In this document: positions 9,007 through 18,103 of the stretch, one piece after another | Layout: each line of letters starts with the position of its first letter | Numbering within the stretch: position 1 is the first letter of the stretch | From: Candidatus Woesebacteria bacterium RIFCSPLOWO2_01_FULL_44_24b | GTDB taxonomy: Bacteria > Patescibacteriota > Microgenomatia > UBA8517 | Length of the DNA stretch: 64,000 nucleotides | Reading direction: 5' to 3' | Assembly (NCBI GenBank): GCA_001793235.1 | Contig: MGHM01000014.1 | Span: 3,857-67,856 of the forward strand | Position numbers and translations under genes: made by a program | The notes under the pieces: model-generated | What the model saw: the letters and a program-made list of their open reading frames with translations, nothing else | What the model was told of the DNA's origin: nothing | The model's database searches: none

Positions 9007-9892
9007 AATTATAACCTTTGGTGCAAAAGGAATGGTTGGTTCACGAGTTCTAGAGCTTCTTGGTAAGGACTTTGAGTTCGTGGCTCCCGACGAGAGAGAA
9101 GTGGATATAACCAAAGGCGAGAAGCTCAAAGCATATTTGGGTAAAGAAAAACCTCAAGTTATTATTAATTTCGCTGCGATTACGGATGTCAACACCTGTG
9201 AAACGGAGCGTGAAAATAAAGAAGGCATTGTTTGGAAAGTCAACGCTCTTGCCCCCGGGTATCTTTCAGAACTTTCTCACAAAAATAATTTTTTTATGGT
9301 TCAGATTTCTACTGACATGGTATTTCCGGGCTCAGAAGAAGACTCCGGGCCATATGACGAGTCGCACAAAACCGGGAACGACCAAAATTTAGCCTGGTAT
9401 GGGGCCAGTAAAGCCGAGGGCGAAGCCGCATCCCTTGGCGAAGAAGGCAATGCCGTCGTTCGAATAATTTACCCGGCTCGAGCGCACTTCCCCCAAAAGT
9501 TGGACTATGCAAGGAAGATTTTGGCGCTTCATGACGAGGGCAAGCTTTACCCTATGCTTATTAATCAACAAATGAATATCACTTACATCGATGAGCTGGC
9601 AGAAGCTTTGAAAGTTATAGCTTCAAGGCGGCTCAGTGGAATATACCATGTTGCCTCGGCTGATTTAACTACTCCGTATGAATTTGCATCTTATTTAATA
9701 GAAAAAGCGCGTGGGGTAAAGAATGTGGTACAAAAAAACACTTTTGACGAGTTTATTAAAGGCCGAGATAGACGGCGCTACCCTCAATTTGGCGGGTTAA
9801 AGGTTGAAAAAACTCAATTAACTCTGGGTGTACAGTTTTCTTCCTGGAGGGAAATAGTTGATAGCCTCATTTCCAGCTTGCAATTTGAGTAA
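8981..9892 (+). CDS. rmlD: dTDP-4-dehydrorhamnose reductase
   Basis: MAKIITFGAKGMVGSRV Rossmann N-terminus, YGASKAEGE (YxxxK) and ~300 aa length. It lies immediately after rmlC. The probable start is the ATG at 8999. Confidence 0.8.
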   Translation: MPGSLIMAKIITFGAKGMVGSRVLELLGKDFEFVAPDEREVDITKGEKLKAYLGKEKPQVIINFAAITDVNTCETERENKEGIVWKVNALAPGYLSELSHKNNFFMVQISTDMVFPGSEEDSGPYDESHKTGNDQNLAWYGASKAEGEAASLGEEGNAVVRIIYPARAHFPQKLDYARKILALHDEGKLYPMLINQQMNITYIDELAEALKVIASRRLSGIYHVASADLTTPYEFASYLIEKARGVKNVVQKNTFDEFIKGRDRRRYPQFGGLKVEKTQLTLGVQFSSWREIVDSLISSLQFE

Positions 9893-9931
9893 TCCTCTAA
9901 TATAATACTATATCCCAGTTTACCTGCTCAT

Positions 9932-11401
9932 TTGTTGCGTGGGGAAAACAATATTATGGGCATATTCAAAAAGTACACCAAGAAGATAACAATACTGGTT
10001 TTGCTGATTGCAATTATTTTAGCCTCACTAGCGGTGAAAGTTGTAAATCTAAATTACAATTCACCTTTTAATGATGAGGCTATTTATGTAGTAGTTGGCA
10101 AATTGGGTGTATTTGAGAAAGACTGGGAAACATTGGTTCCCTTTGAATGGATGGCAGGGGTGCCTTATTTTTATCCAAGTATTTCAGCTTTTGCATATGA
10201 GCTTGGTGGCATAGAAGCATCAAGATTTTTAAATGTAGTGTTTTTTGCGCTCACTGCGTTTCTGGTTTATAAAATTGCTTATTTACTGAGTGAAGGAAAA
10301 GACAAAGTAAAAGAGAAGGCCGGCTGTTTAGCTGCGGCAATTTTTGCCGGCTCTTCGGTAGGCTATTACGTTTCTCGGCTTGCTACTTATGATATGCCAA
10401 GCTTTTTCTTCTTTGCGTTGAGTTTATATTTTTTTATATTAGCTGAGCAAGCACGCAGGCTCCCGGGCAGGAAATATATTCTTTCTGCAATATTTTTAGT
10501 AGTGGCTTTCTTTTTTAAATATATAATCGCACTATATGTACCTATTTTATTGGCTTTTTCCTTTTTCGTCCAGAAAACAAGTTATCGTAAACGGGCAACT
10601 TTAGTGTATTTTGCACTGCCTTTGGTTATGGCGTTTTTTGTTTTTGGTATTACCCAGTTTAAAAGCCTTGGTATATACATTAGTGTACAAACTGAACTCG
10701 AGATAAAATCTCCTCTTGTAGACATGTTAGTTTTTGTAGTTAACCAGATTGGTTTAATATTGCCGTTTTGGGTCGTCGGTAGTTATTGGTTCTATAAAAA
10801 AGAAAAACTTAGAGTCTGGGCATTCTTTACTTTCTTTTCATTTATTATTATTTTGTTCCATGTTCTTAATCAGCGGCTACATACTCTCGATAAACACATA
10901 TTGTTAGCAATTGGAGGATTAGCCGTTTCAGCAGGTATTGGTGTAAGCAATATGATAAAGCACAAGGTTCACGATCGTATTTTATTATTGGGGATTGGTG
11001 TTTTTTGGGTATTATCATTTGTTGTCTCCCTGAAATACAATAGCGCCTGGGTTAATGCGTATTCGGTTATGGATTTCGTTGGGAAAAACAGTCACTCTGA
11101 AGATGTAGTCCTAAGTGAAATTGGCGCGATAACACAGCTGGACCTTTATGAAAAAGTTAATCCACTGAGGGTGTTTACGTTTGATTGGATTTATTACGAT
11201 GAGCACGAAGGCGAGGAAGCGCTTGTGAATGGCGTAAGCGATGGCTATTTCAACACTATTATCCTTGAAACACAAGAGGATGGTAAATCAGATTTTAATT
11301 CTGCTTATCATGAGCTCATAGTTGAAAATCGGGAGTTCAACAGAATTTATTCAAACATATATAGTGACGATCATTTTGAGGTGTATCGGAGGAACTATTA
11401 A
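9932..11401 (+). CDS. polytopic membrane protein, GT-C-type glycosyltransferase-like (PMT/ArnT-like DE loop motif)
   Basis: At least 10 predicted TM helices. The first extracytoplasmic loop carries FNDEAIYV (an Asp-Glu pair as in GT39/GT83 loop 1). There is a large C-terminal soluble region. It is a distant relative of the 47130-56694 paralog family. Confidence 0.5.
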   Translation: MLRGENNIMGIFKKYTKKITILVLLIAIILASLAVKVVNLNYNSPFNDEAIYVVVGKLGVFEKDWETLVPFEWMAGVPYFYPSISAFAYELGGIEASRFLNVVFFALTAFLVYKIAYLLSEGKDKVKEKAGCLAAAIFAGSSVGYYVSRLATYDMPSFFFFALSLYFFILAEQARRLPGRKYILSAIFLVVAFFFKYIIALYVPILLAFSFFVQKTSYRKRATLVYFALPLVMAFFVFGITQFKSLGIYISVQTELEIKSPLVDMLVFVVNQIGLILPFWVVGSYWFYKKEKLRVWAFFTFFSFIIILFHVLNQRLHTLDKHILLAIGGLAVSAGIGVSNMIKHKVHDRILLLGIGVFWVLSFVVSLKYNSAWVNAYSVMDFVGKNSHSEDVVLSEIGAITQLDLYEKVNPLRVFTFDWIYYDEHEGEEALVNGVSDGYFNTIILETQEDGKSDFNSAYHELIVENREFNRIYSNIYSDDHFEVYRRNY

Positions 11402-11402
11402 C

Positions 11403-12245
11403 ATGGCAAGGAAAAAACTAAACAGAGCATACACGAATTTATTGTGGCTGGTGATACCGATGGCTGTCTTTGCGCTGTTTGCAAAATATTTAGTGACCGA
11501 GTCCCCCATAGAAAAATATGAAGATGATACGCTCAGTTTGAAATCCGGCGAACCATCGAAGCCTGTCATCTCTGAGTACAATTGGCATGGCGAAGCTCTC
11601 GTAACTTTTTGGTTTGACGATGGGTGGAGGTCTCAATATTCAGAGGGATTTAGAATCTTAGATAATTATGGTTATAAAGCAGCATTGGCGGTACCAATTG
11701 AACCTATTGGGTATGAGGCTTACATGAACTGGCATCAGATACGAAAGCTGCATTATCTAGGGTGGGAAATAGCTTCGCACAGTAGGTCTCATGATTGTGA
11801 CCTGGTTTATAAAGGGGAGCCTGCATTTGAATATGAAATCTTTGGAGGAAAACAGGATTTGGAGAACTATGGTATTTTGACCGACATTTATGTGGCTCCC
11901 TGTGGAGAGAATACGCCGGAGGCAACTGAATATGTAAAAAGACACTTTTTGTCTCAGAGGATAGTAGAGCCGGGGCTAAACCCTCTGCCAGTTACGGATA
12001 ATTACGGTCTTATGGTTAAACAAGTCAGCAGAGATATTGATATTGAAGAAATAAAAGGTTGGATTAATGAGGCGATAAGTAAAAAACAATGGATAATTTT
12101 GATGTTACATCAAATCGACGACGAAGATACCGAATACGGTACGACCCCGGATAATTTGGAGCAAGTTGTTGATTTTGTCAATCACTCTAATATATCAGTT
12201 GTACTACCTTCCCAGGCACTTGGAGTAGAAAGGCGAAATGAATAA
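11403..12245 (+). CDS. polysaccharide deacetylase (CE4 / NodB-homology domain), membrane-anchored
   Basis: N-terminal TM helix. TFWFDDGW (the TFDDG motif 1 of CE4), a metal-binding His-containing SHSRSHD, and the AALAVPI and YVAPCGE segments. The start is taken at the ATG right after the upstream stop. Confidence 0.7.
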   Translation: MARKKLNRAYTNLLWLVIPMAVFALFAKYLVTESPIEKYEDDTLSLKSGEPSKPVISEYNWHGEALVTFWFDDGWRSQYSEGFRILDNYGYKAALAVPIEPIGYEAYMNWHQIRKLHYLGWEIASHSRSHDCDLVYKGEPAFEYEIFGGKQDLENYGILTDIYVAPCGENTPEATEYVKRHFLSQRIVEPGLNPLPVTDNYGLMVKQVSRDIDIEEIKGWINEAISKKQWIILMLHQIDDEDTEYGTTPDNLEQVVDFVNHSNISVVLPSQALGVERRNE

Positions 12246-13314
12246 AGTAGCAATAATAATGCCGGCACACAATGAAGAGAAAGTGATAAAAATGACCATT
12301 CAATCGGCCATCTCTGCTGTGGGCAAATTGAATGTGTATTTGGTGGACGATGGGTCGAGCGATAAGACAAGTCAGGTTGCACAGAAATTCCTCAAGAATG
12401 TCCTGGTAAAGAAACAAAATGGCGGGAAAGCAAATGCTATAAATTCTGGAATATCTAAGTTTGAGCTGACAAAAAGATATGAATTTATAATGCCGATAGA
12501 TGCAGACACCATATTGGCGGATGACTTTTTCAAGAATATTTTTAATGTTTTTGCTAAGGACAAGAAGAAGAAAATTGCTGCTGTTGTAGGGAAAGTAACG
12601 GGAAGAAATAAGAAATGGATTACTACTTACAGGTTGTGGGAGTATGAGATAAACCAGTCCGTACACAAGGCCGCTCAATCCATGTTGGGGGCTATAACCG
12701 TCTGCCCCGGCCCTTCTACAGTGTATAGATCAAAAGTATTTAAAAGAATTAAGTATTCTGAGGATACCCAAACCGAGGATATGGACTTTACATTCAGAAT
12801 TCACAGGCTTAATCTTGGCCGAATAGTATATGAGCCATCAGCTGTTGTTTCAACTCAAGACCCGGCCACCATCACTGCTTATATCAAGCAGGTCAAGAGG
12901 TGGTACATAGGTTTTTGGCAATGTATTCTTAAACATAAAGTACCCTGGGGCGGGCAAAAATTGGATGCTGAGGCTGGGCTTCTGGCGACCGACGCGCTAC
13001 TGAATGTTCTTTTGGCTGCCTTGTTCGTCGTTTTGGTTCCTGCATCACTTTTTGTAGATCCGATAGTATTGATATCTCCCGCTCTTGCCGACCTTTTTAT
13101 TTTTATGCTGCCTTCAATACTGTACGTTAGCATTAGACGCAAAATTTACGGCCTCATTTTGTTTTTGCCGCTTTTCTATTTTTTGAGGGTTATCGGTAGT
13201 TTTACATTCTTTTACAGTTTCTTAAAAGTTACTCTTGGCCTTAGGGCTAAGATGTCGAACGTTTGGAATACACAAAGGTATAGAGTAATGAAGGAGGAAA
13301 TATGGGTCAGCTAG
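12238..13314 (+). CDS. processive family-2 glycosyltransferase (NodC/IcaA/chitin-synthase-like) with C-terminal TM helices
   Basis: MPAHNEEKVI...VYLVDDGSSDKT (DXD region), QTEDMDFTFRIH, and KQVKRWYIGFWQ (the QxxRW processivity motif). Four C-terminal TM helices. 8 nt overlap with the upstream CE4 gene. Confidence 0.7.
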   Translation: MNKVAIIMPAHNEEKVIKMTIQSAISAVGKLNVYLVDDGSSDKTSQVAQKFLKNVLVKKQNGGKANAINSGISKFELTKRYEFIMPIDADTILADDFFKNIFNVFAKDKKKKIAAVVGKVTGRNKKWITTYRLWEYEINQSVHKAAQSMLGAITVCPGPSTVYRSKVFKRIKYSEDTQTEDMDFTFRIHRLNLGRIVYEPSAVVSTQDPATITAYIKQVKRWYIGFWQCILKHKVPWGGQKLDAEAGLLATDALLNVLLAALFVVLVPASLFVDPIVLISPALADLFIFMLPSILYVSIRRKIYGLILFLPLFYFLRVIGSFTFFYSFLKVTLGLRAKMSNVWNTQRYRVMKEEIWVS

Positions 13315-13393
13315 GAAGCATATCTTTAGTATTTCACTTATTTGTACTTATAGTCGGTAAAGTGTATATTTACCTGAGGTCAAAACTCAGGAG

Positions 13394-14470
13394 ATGAAGT
13401 ACGCATTACCATCATTCTTTCTTTTAACATCATTTTTTACGGTTGTTTTTGTGCTGGTTGCAAATAGTATTAACTTATCACCTTCAAGGGCAGTGGATAA
13501 TATCAAGAAGAGCCTCGCTTACAGTACATCGGATATTGAGTCGGAATACTCCGCTTGGGTGCCTTGGTGGGATGAGCCGGCCTCTATCAATTCTTTGAAG
13601 AACTCAAATAATCAAGTTAAAACGATACTGCCTGTTTGGTATCAGATAAACGAGGCTGGAAAGCTTATTGAGACAGATAGTAAGCTCAAAGAAGAAGTGT
13701 TAAAGGTTGCAAAAGAGCTTAACATTAGTGTTGTCCCTACCATTAGTAATGCCAGTGGTTACGATTTTGACGGTGAAAGAATTTCCAAGTTGCTTGGAAG
13801 CGAAGAACTGCGCGAAGGGTTGGTTGCAAACTTATTGGAACTGGCTCAAAAAAATGCCTTTCGTGGGTGGGATCTTGATTGGGAGCAGGTGAAAAAGGAG
13901 GACAGAGAAGCTTATTCTTCTTTTGTTGATTTATTGGGCAAAAGACTCAATAGTAAAAATTTGAAACTGTCGGTAACTGTGCATGCGCAGGCTGGTAAGG
14001 TTTCGGATTGGGATGGTACAAGCGGCCAAGACCTTAAGGCAATAGGTAATAGTGCGAATTATGTTCGGGTAATGGCCTATGATTTTCATCATTCGAAATC
14101 TTCTCCCGGCTCGGTAACACCGATGGATAGACTTTCCGAAACGCTGGAATACTCGGCAAAAGTAATCCCCTTGGATAAATTGGTATTGGGGCTCCCTTCA
14201 TATGGTTACGATTGGATTGGAGATGAGGGGACAGCAATGCAGTATGAAAAAATAGTTGATTATCTCGGTAAAAATGGAATTCAAAGCCAAAGAGATTCAG
14301 AAACTTATTCATTGTATGCCAATTTTGATTTGGAGGGAGCGGAGCATGCTTTGTGGTATGAGGACGCTGAGAGTTTTCATGAAAAGGTCAAACTTGCCAA
14401 GTCATACGGAGTTTACCAAGTGACGTTATGGCACCTTGGTGGTGAGGATCCTCGCATTTGGGCTTACTGA
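13394..14470 (+). CDS. glycoside hydrolase family 18 (chitinase-like) with N-terminal signal/anchor
   Basis: FRGWDLDWEQ matches the GH18 catalytic DxxDxDxE motif. The N-terminal hydrophobic segment and the ~340 aa TIM-barrel-sized body fit the family. A RBS-like AGGAG lies 5 nt upstream. Confidence 0.65.
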   Translation: MKYALPSFFLLTSFFTVVFVLVANSINLSPSRAVDNIKKSLAYSTSDIESEYSAWVPWWDEPASINSLKNSNNQVKTILPVWYQINEAGKLIETDSKLKEEVLKVAKELNISVVPTISNASGYDFDGERISKLLGSEELREGLVANLLELAQKNAFRGWDLDWEQVKKEDREAYSSFVDLLGKRLNSKNLKLSVTVHAQAGKVSDWDGTSGQDLKAIGNSANYVRVMAYDFHHSKSSPGSVTPMDRLSETLEYSAKVIPLDKLVLGLPSYGYDWIGDEGTAMQYEKIVDYLGKNGIQSQRDSETYSLYANFDLEGAEHALWYEDAESFHEKVKLAKSYGVYQVTLWHLGGEDPRIWAY

Positions 14471-15145
14471 TTAGCTAATTTTTTTGAGCTCTGTCTTTTT
14501 ATTTGCCTTTTCAGCTCGCCATTCAGTGATTTTTTTGTGATCTCCTGTACGTAAGATGTCAGGTACTTTCCAACCTTTGAAGTCTTCCGGTCTGGTGTAA
14601 ACCGGGTAGTCTAGGTTTTCCCCGCTTGAGAAGCTTTCGTTTTCCCTTGCTTCTTCTTCCAAAACGCCCGGCAAGAGCCTGACAACAGCGTCAGTAATAA
14701 CCATCGCCGGAAGCTCACCCCCGGTTAAAACGTAGTTTCCGATTGAAATCTCCTCGTCTACTAAATGTTCATGAATTCGCTCGTCAAATCCCTCATAATG
14801 CCCGGCTAAGAGAATTATATGTTCGAGCTTAGAAAGCTCTCGTGCTTTAGCTTGATCAAAAGTCTTGCCTTGAGGGCTTAGGAGTATGATTTTGGATTTC
14901 TTTTTATTGAAAATTGATAATTGTAAATTGGAAATTGCGCGTTGTACTACATCAACGCGTATTACCATTCCAGGGCCTCCACCATATGGTCTGTCGTCAA
15001 CGGTTTTGTGCTTATCTTCTGCCCAATCACGGAGGTTATGAATATTGATTTCAACAAGAGCCTTGTCCTTTGCTTTTTTAAGCATAGAGGTATCAAAAGG
15101 CCCCTCAAACATGCTCGGGAATAAGCTGACTATATCAATTCTCAT
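14471..15145 (-). CDS. trmD: tRNA (guanine37-N1)-methyltransferase
   Basis: MRIDIVSLFPSMFEGPFDTSMLKKA...DDRPYGGGPGMV carries the canonical TrmD SPOUT signature. Convergent with the GH18 gene, with stop codons abutting. Confidence 0.9.
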   Translation of the reverse strand: MRIDIVSLFPSMFEGPFDTSMLKKAKDKALVEINIHNLRDWAEDKHKTVDDRPYGGGPGMVIRVDVVQRAISNLQLSIFNKKKSKIILLSPQGKTFDQAKARELSKLEHIILLAGHYEGFDERIHEHLVDEEISIGNYVLTGGELPAMVITDAVVRLLPGVLEEEARENESFSSGENLDYPVYTRPEDFKGWKVPDILRTGDHKKITEWRAEKANKKTELKKIS

Positions 15146-15165
15146 ATGTGTAGTATACTAAATTT

Positions 15166-15747
15166 ATGGAATTGACGATTGATGTAAAAGAAATTATGGC
15201 TCGGGTGCGCGAGGTGCTAACTGCCCCCAAAAAGTTTTTTGGCAAGGCAAAAAAAGAACATGGCTGGAAAAAGGCTTTTTCGTTCGTGCTGGTGGTAGCC
15301 GGAGCTGGCCACATTTTGACAGCCCTCTACAATATCCTCATCTACCCCTTAGTATCGCCTACATTCGCAGAATTATTTGGAATACCCGCTGTTCAGTTAA
15401 ATGCCGGACAAGTAGCGGGCGCCACGCTTGTGAGCTTCATCGTGACACTTGGCATGAGTTTTATCTGGGGAGCAGCTCTGAAAGTCTGGCTGGCCATTTT
15501 TAAGGTCAAATCAAATTTCGACTCAAGCTATCGGGTGATGGCATATTCGAGGACTCCGAATTATTTATTTAGCTGGCTTCCGCTTGTCAATATCCTAATA
15601 GCAATATATAGTTTTTATCTTTTGGTGCTGGGACTCGAAAATGAATATGGTATACCCAGAGGAAAAGCTATTCTTATAATTGTTACCTCAGTTGTCGTAA
15701 TTTTTGTAGTCTCAATTCTCGCGGTCTCCTTAATTCCCACAATATAG
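15166..15747 (+). CDS. Yip1-family-like integral membrane protein
   Basis: 193 aa with 5 predicted TM helices and an N-terminal soluble segment. The topology and size resemble the Yip1 domain. Weak assignment. Confidence 0.4.
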   Translation: MELTIDVKEIMARVREVLTAPKKFFGKAKKEHGWKKAFSFVLVVAGAGHILTALYNILIYPLVSPTFAELFGIPAVQLNAGQVAGATLVSFIVTLGMSFIWGAALKVWLAIFKVKSNFDSSYRVMAYSRTPNYLFSWLPLVNILIAIYSFYLLVLGLENEYGIPRGKAILIIVTSVVVIFVVSILAVSLIPTI

Positions 15748-15749
15748 CC

Positions 15750-16925
15750 ATGGATAAAGTAGTAATAGTCATGCCTACATATAAGGAAAAAGATAACATC
15801 GAGCGGATGATTACTGAACTTTTTGAGAAGGAATTCCCAAAAATAAGAAACGTAAGCATGCACCTTTTGGTTGTCAATGATTTGCCCTCGGATGGCGGTC
15901 CTGATGACGGCACGGGGGATATTGTAAAAAAATATGCTAAGAAATTCGACAACCTTCACATTATTGAGGATAAAAAACAAGGTCTTGGTTGGGCTTATGT
16001 TCGCGGCATGAAGTACGCCATGGAGAGGCTCCATGCCGACGCAGTAATGGAGATGGATGCTGACTTTCAGCACCCGCCGCGCTTTGTGGCACCAATGGTC
16101 GCGGCGTATTTGGATGGCGCGGACTATGCAATAGGCTCGCGCTACATTAAAGGCGGCTCCGTTCCCAAAGAGTGGGCGATGCACCGCAAAGCCGTTAGTT
16201 TTTTTGGCAACCTTTTTATTAGAATTGCCTTGGTTAAGCCAAAAATTCATGACTTAACCACCGGTTTCAGACTCACAAGAGTAAAAGGAGTATTAGATAA
16301 AATTAAGCTCAATGAGTTGATGGAGCTTAGCCGTTTTGCCTATAAAGTTGATTTGCTTTATCAAAGCATTAAAAATTCCAAAAAAGTGGTCGAAGTTCCT
16401 CTGGAGTTTGCCCCAAGAACTGAGGAAGTTTCCAAATTTTCAATGCAGGAAATGGTTTCAACTTTCAAAGTTGCGATTATTTTGGGGATTAAGGACAAAC
16501 AAAGATTTATCAAGTACGGCGCTGTCGGCCTTATCGGCTACGCTATCAACGCAGTTGGGCTTGAGGTTTTTTATCGCCTTGGCTTTTCCACCGGCGTTGC
16601 CGCGGCAATTGGAGCCGAGTTTGCAATAGTTTCAAACTTTATTTTGAATAATTTCTGGACTTTTAAAGAGGAAAAAATTACCAGTCTTGCAAAAGTTGTG
16701 AGCAAATTTGTTCAGTTTAATTTGAGCTCGGTGGGCGCAGTGGTTATACAAGCTATAGTGGTGGCGGTGGGAACCGGTATTTTTGGAGTGGGCACCCGCC
16801 AGATAATGCTGATTATCGCTGTGGGCTTTTTCGTAATTCCATACAATTACGCAATGTACAATCTTTTTATATGGAAGACTTGGAAGGTACCCGCACTTGA
16901 GAAAATTCAAAAGTTACTGGGATAG
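15750..16925 (+). CDS. GT2 polyprenyl-phosphate sugar synthase (DPM1/GtrB-like) fused to C-terminal GtrA-like membrane domain
   Basis: N-terminal VVIVMPTYKEKDNIERMI...LLVVNDLPSDG...MEMDADFQHPP (DXD and the DPM1-type DAD...QHP motif). The C-terminal 120 aa carry 4 TM helices with the GtrA-family signature FIKYGAVGLIGYAINAVGLEVF...NNFWTFK. Confidence 0.75.
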   Translation: MDKVVIVMPTYKEKDNIERMITELFEKEFPKIRNVSMHLLVVNDLPSDGGPDDGTGDIVKKYAKKFDNLHIIEDKKQGLGWAYVRGMKYAMERLHADAVMEMDADFQHPPRFVAPMVAAYLDGADYAIGSRYIKGGSVPKEWAMHRKAVSFFGNLFIRIALVKPKIHDLTTGFRLTRVKGVLDKIKLNELMELSRFAYKVDLLYQSIKNSKKVVEVPLEFAPRTEEVSKFSMQEMVSTFKVAIILGIKDKQRFIKYGAVGLIGYAINAVGLEVFYRLGFSTGVAAAIGAEFAIVSNFILNNFWTFKEEKITSLAKVVSKFVQFNLSSVGAVVIQAIVVAVGTGIFGVGTRQIMLIIAVGFFVIPYNYAMYNLFIWKTWKVPALEKIQKLLG

Positions 16926-17175
16926 CATTTTTCTCTGCTTCAACACGAGGGTCTATTTGAGTGTGAACAAATTCCTTTTTTCCACCCAGAAGCTTGTATG
17001 GGAACTCAGCTCCCATTCTGCTTGCTAACGCAGTCCAGAGTTTTTGTTGTTGTTCGTTAAGTTGTGAGTACATACTCAAGGCGTCACTTATGGCGCCCAA
17101 GTCTCTTGGTCCGAGGCCGTTGTTCAGTAATATATGATTGTTTCGCCACCCGCGTACATGTTCTTTCATAATCAA
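16867..17175 (-). CDS. small hypothetical protein (uncertain)
   Basis: 102 aa ORF that mostly occupies the otherwise empty 16926-17212 gap. Its composition is not obviously antisense-like. Its 3' end overlaps the upstream + gene by 59 nt. No motif. Confidence 0.25.
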   Translation of the reverse strand: MIMKEHVRGWRNNHILLNNGLGPRDLGAISDALSMYSQLNEQQQKLWTALASRMGAEFPYKLLGGKKEFVHTQIDPRVEAEKNAIPVTFEFSQVRVPSKSSI

Positions 17176-17212
17176 AGTGTATGTTTAGAAGCCTTCCAAA
17201 TGCTCTCAAGAA

Positions 17213-18103
17213 ATGCAGGATAACTTTGTTTTGCGAGAGCAGCTTGCTAAAATAAAGAGCATGCAAAAATTCTCGGACGCGTGGTTTACTGAGCTTTACC
17301 TCAAATACGGCTCGGTGGAGGAGGCAATCAGAAGCTATCCGGATAGTCTCCCAATTTCTATCGCTAATTACCACAGGCTGGTTAAAAAGTATGGTTTGAT
17401 TAAGTCCGCCGGCCGTCATGTAAGCTTGCCTGAAACTCTTCATTTTTTTCGCGAGAAAGCATTCGAACCCGGAACACCCCTTGAGCGGATTTATGCCCAA
17501 ATGCCGCCAAGCTTCCAAACTTCGCTTTCGACTCTTCATAGAATTTACCAATATATGGAGAAAGCAGTTGTCAGGCGACACGCTGCGGCCTTAATTGCTA
17601 CAGCTGGCAATAGCGGAGAGGTTTTGGTGGGCAGAGAAGTGTTTGGCAACAGTAGATATGGCAAGAAAGTCGGAGATATTTCGCTTCCCATGAGTTTTGC
17701 CAAAAAAGACGAAAGCAATTTTGACTCAGCCCTTCGAGTCCTTCAGCAGGAAGTATTTGCGCATCTTGCCGCTTCTGGGGAGCTCAAGAGAGACTCAACT
17801 TTGGTAAAGCGAATTTTATCCAAAAATATTGAGCCTGTTTTTTATTTTGATATTGTAGATGTTCGCGTCCAAGTTTATGAAATAATATTGCCCACGCAAG
17901 CTTCTGAGTTCTCGAGCTTTAAGCTGGTTGAACACAAGTATGAAAACTTACACACTCTCTCGGTAATGCCAAATTTGCGCACCGGAATCGGCGAAATACT
18001 AAAGCTTTATGGAGACTATTTATATAAGCCTCTCACACTCAAAGTTCCTACATATCATGTATCAAGCATTAACTTGGCGCTTGCTTGGCGAGAGTCAGAG
18101 TAA
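17213..18103 (+). CDS. hypothetical soluble protein
   Basis: 296 aa with protein-like composition. It is the longest ORF in the region; the antisense ORF 17084-17581 is rejected. No recognisable domain. Confidence 0.5.
   Translation: MQDNFVLREQLAKIKSMQKFSDAWFTELYLKYGSVEEAIRSYPDSLPISIANYHRLVKKYGLIKSAGRHVSLPETLHFFREKAFEPGTPLERIYAQMPPSFQTSLSTLHRIYQYMEKAVVRRHAAALIATAGNSGEVLVGREVFGNSRYGKKVGDISLPMSFAKKDESNFDSALRVLQQEVFAHLAASGELKRDSTLVKRILSKNIEPVFYFDIVDVRVQVYEIILPTQASEFSSFKLVEHKYENLHTLSVMPNLRTGIGEILKLYGDYLYKPLTLKVPTYHVSSINLALAWRESE

Noticed and set aside
12187-12678. 163 aa minus-strand ORF overlapping the NodC-like GT2
   Set aside because: It is antisense to a GT2 with clear catalytic motifs. Its residue composition is low-complexity (many C, Y, F, I).
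15615-16250. 211 aa minus-strand ORF
   Set aside because: It is antisense to the well-supported GT2-GtrA fusion gene and has no motif.
17084-17581. 165 aa minus-strand ORF
   Set aside because: It lies mostly antisense to the longer, protein-like + ORF 17213-18103. Its composition is Arg/Leu/Ser/Cys-rich, typical of antisense artefacts.
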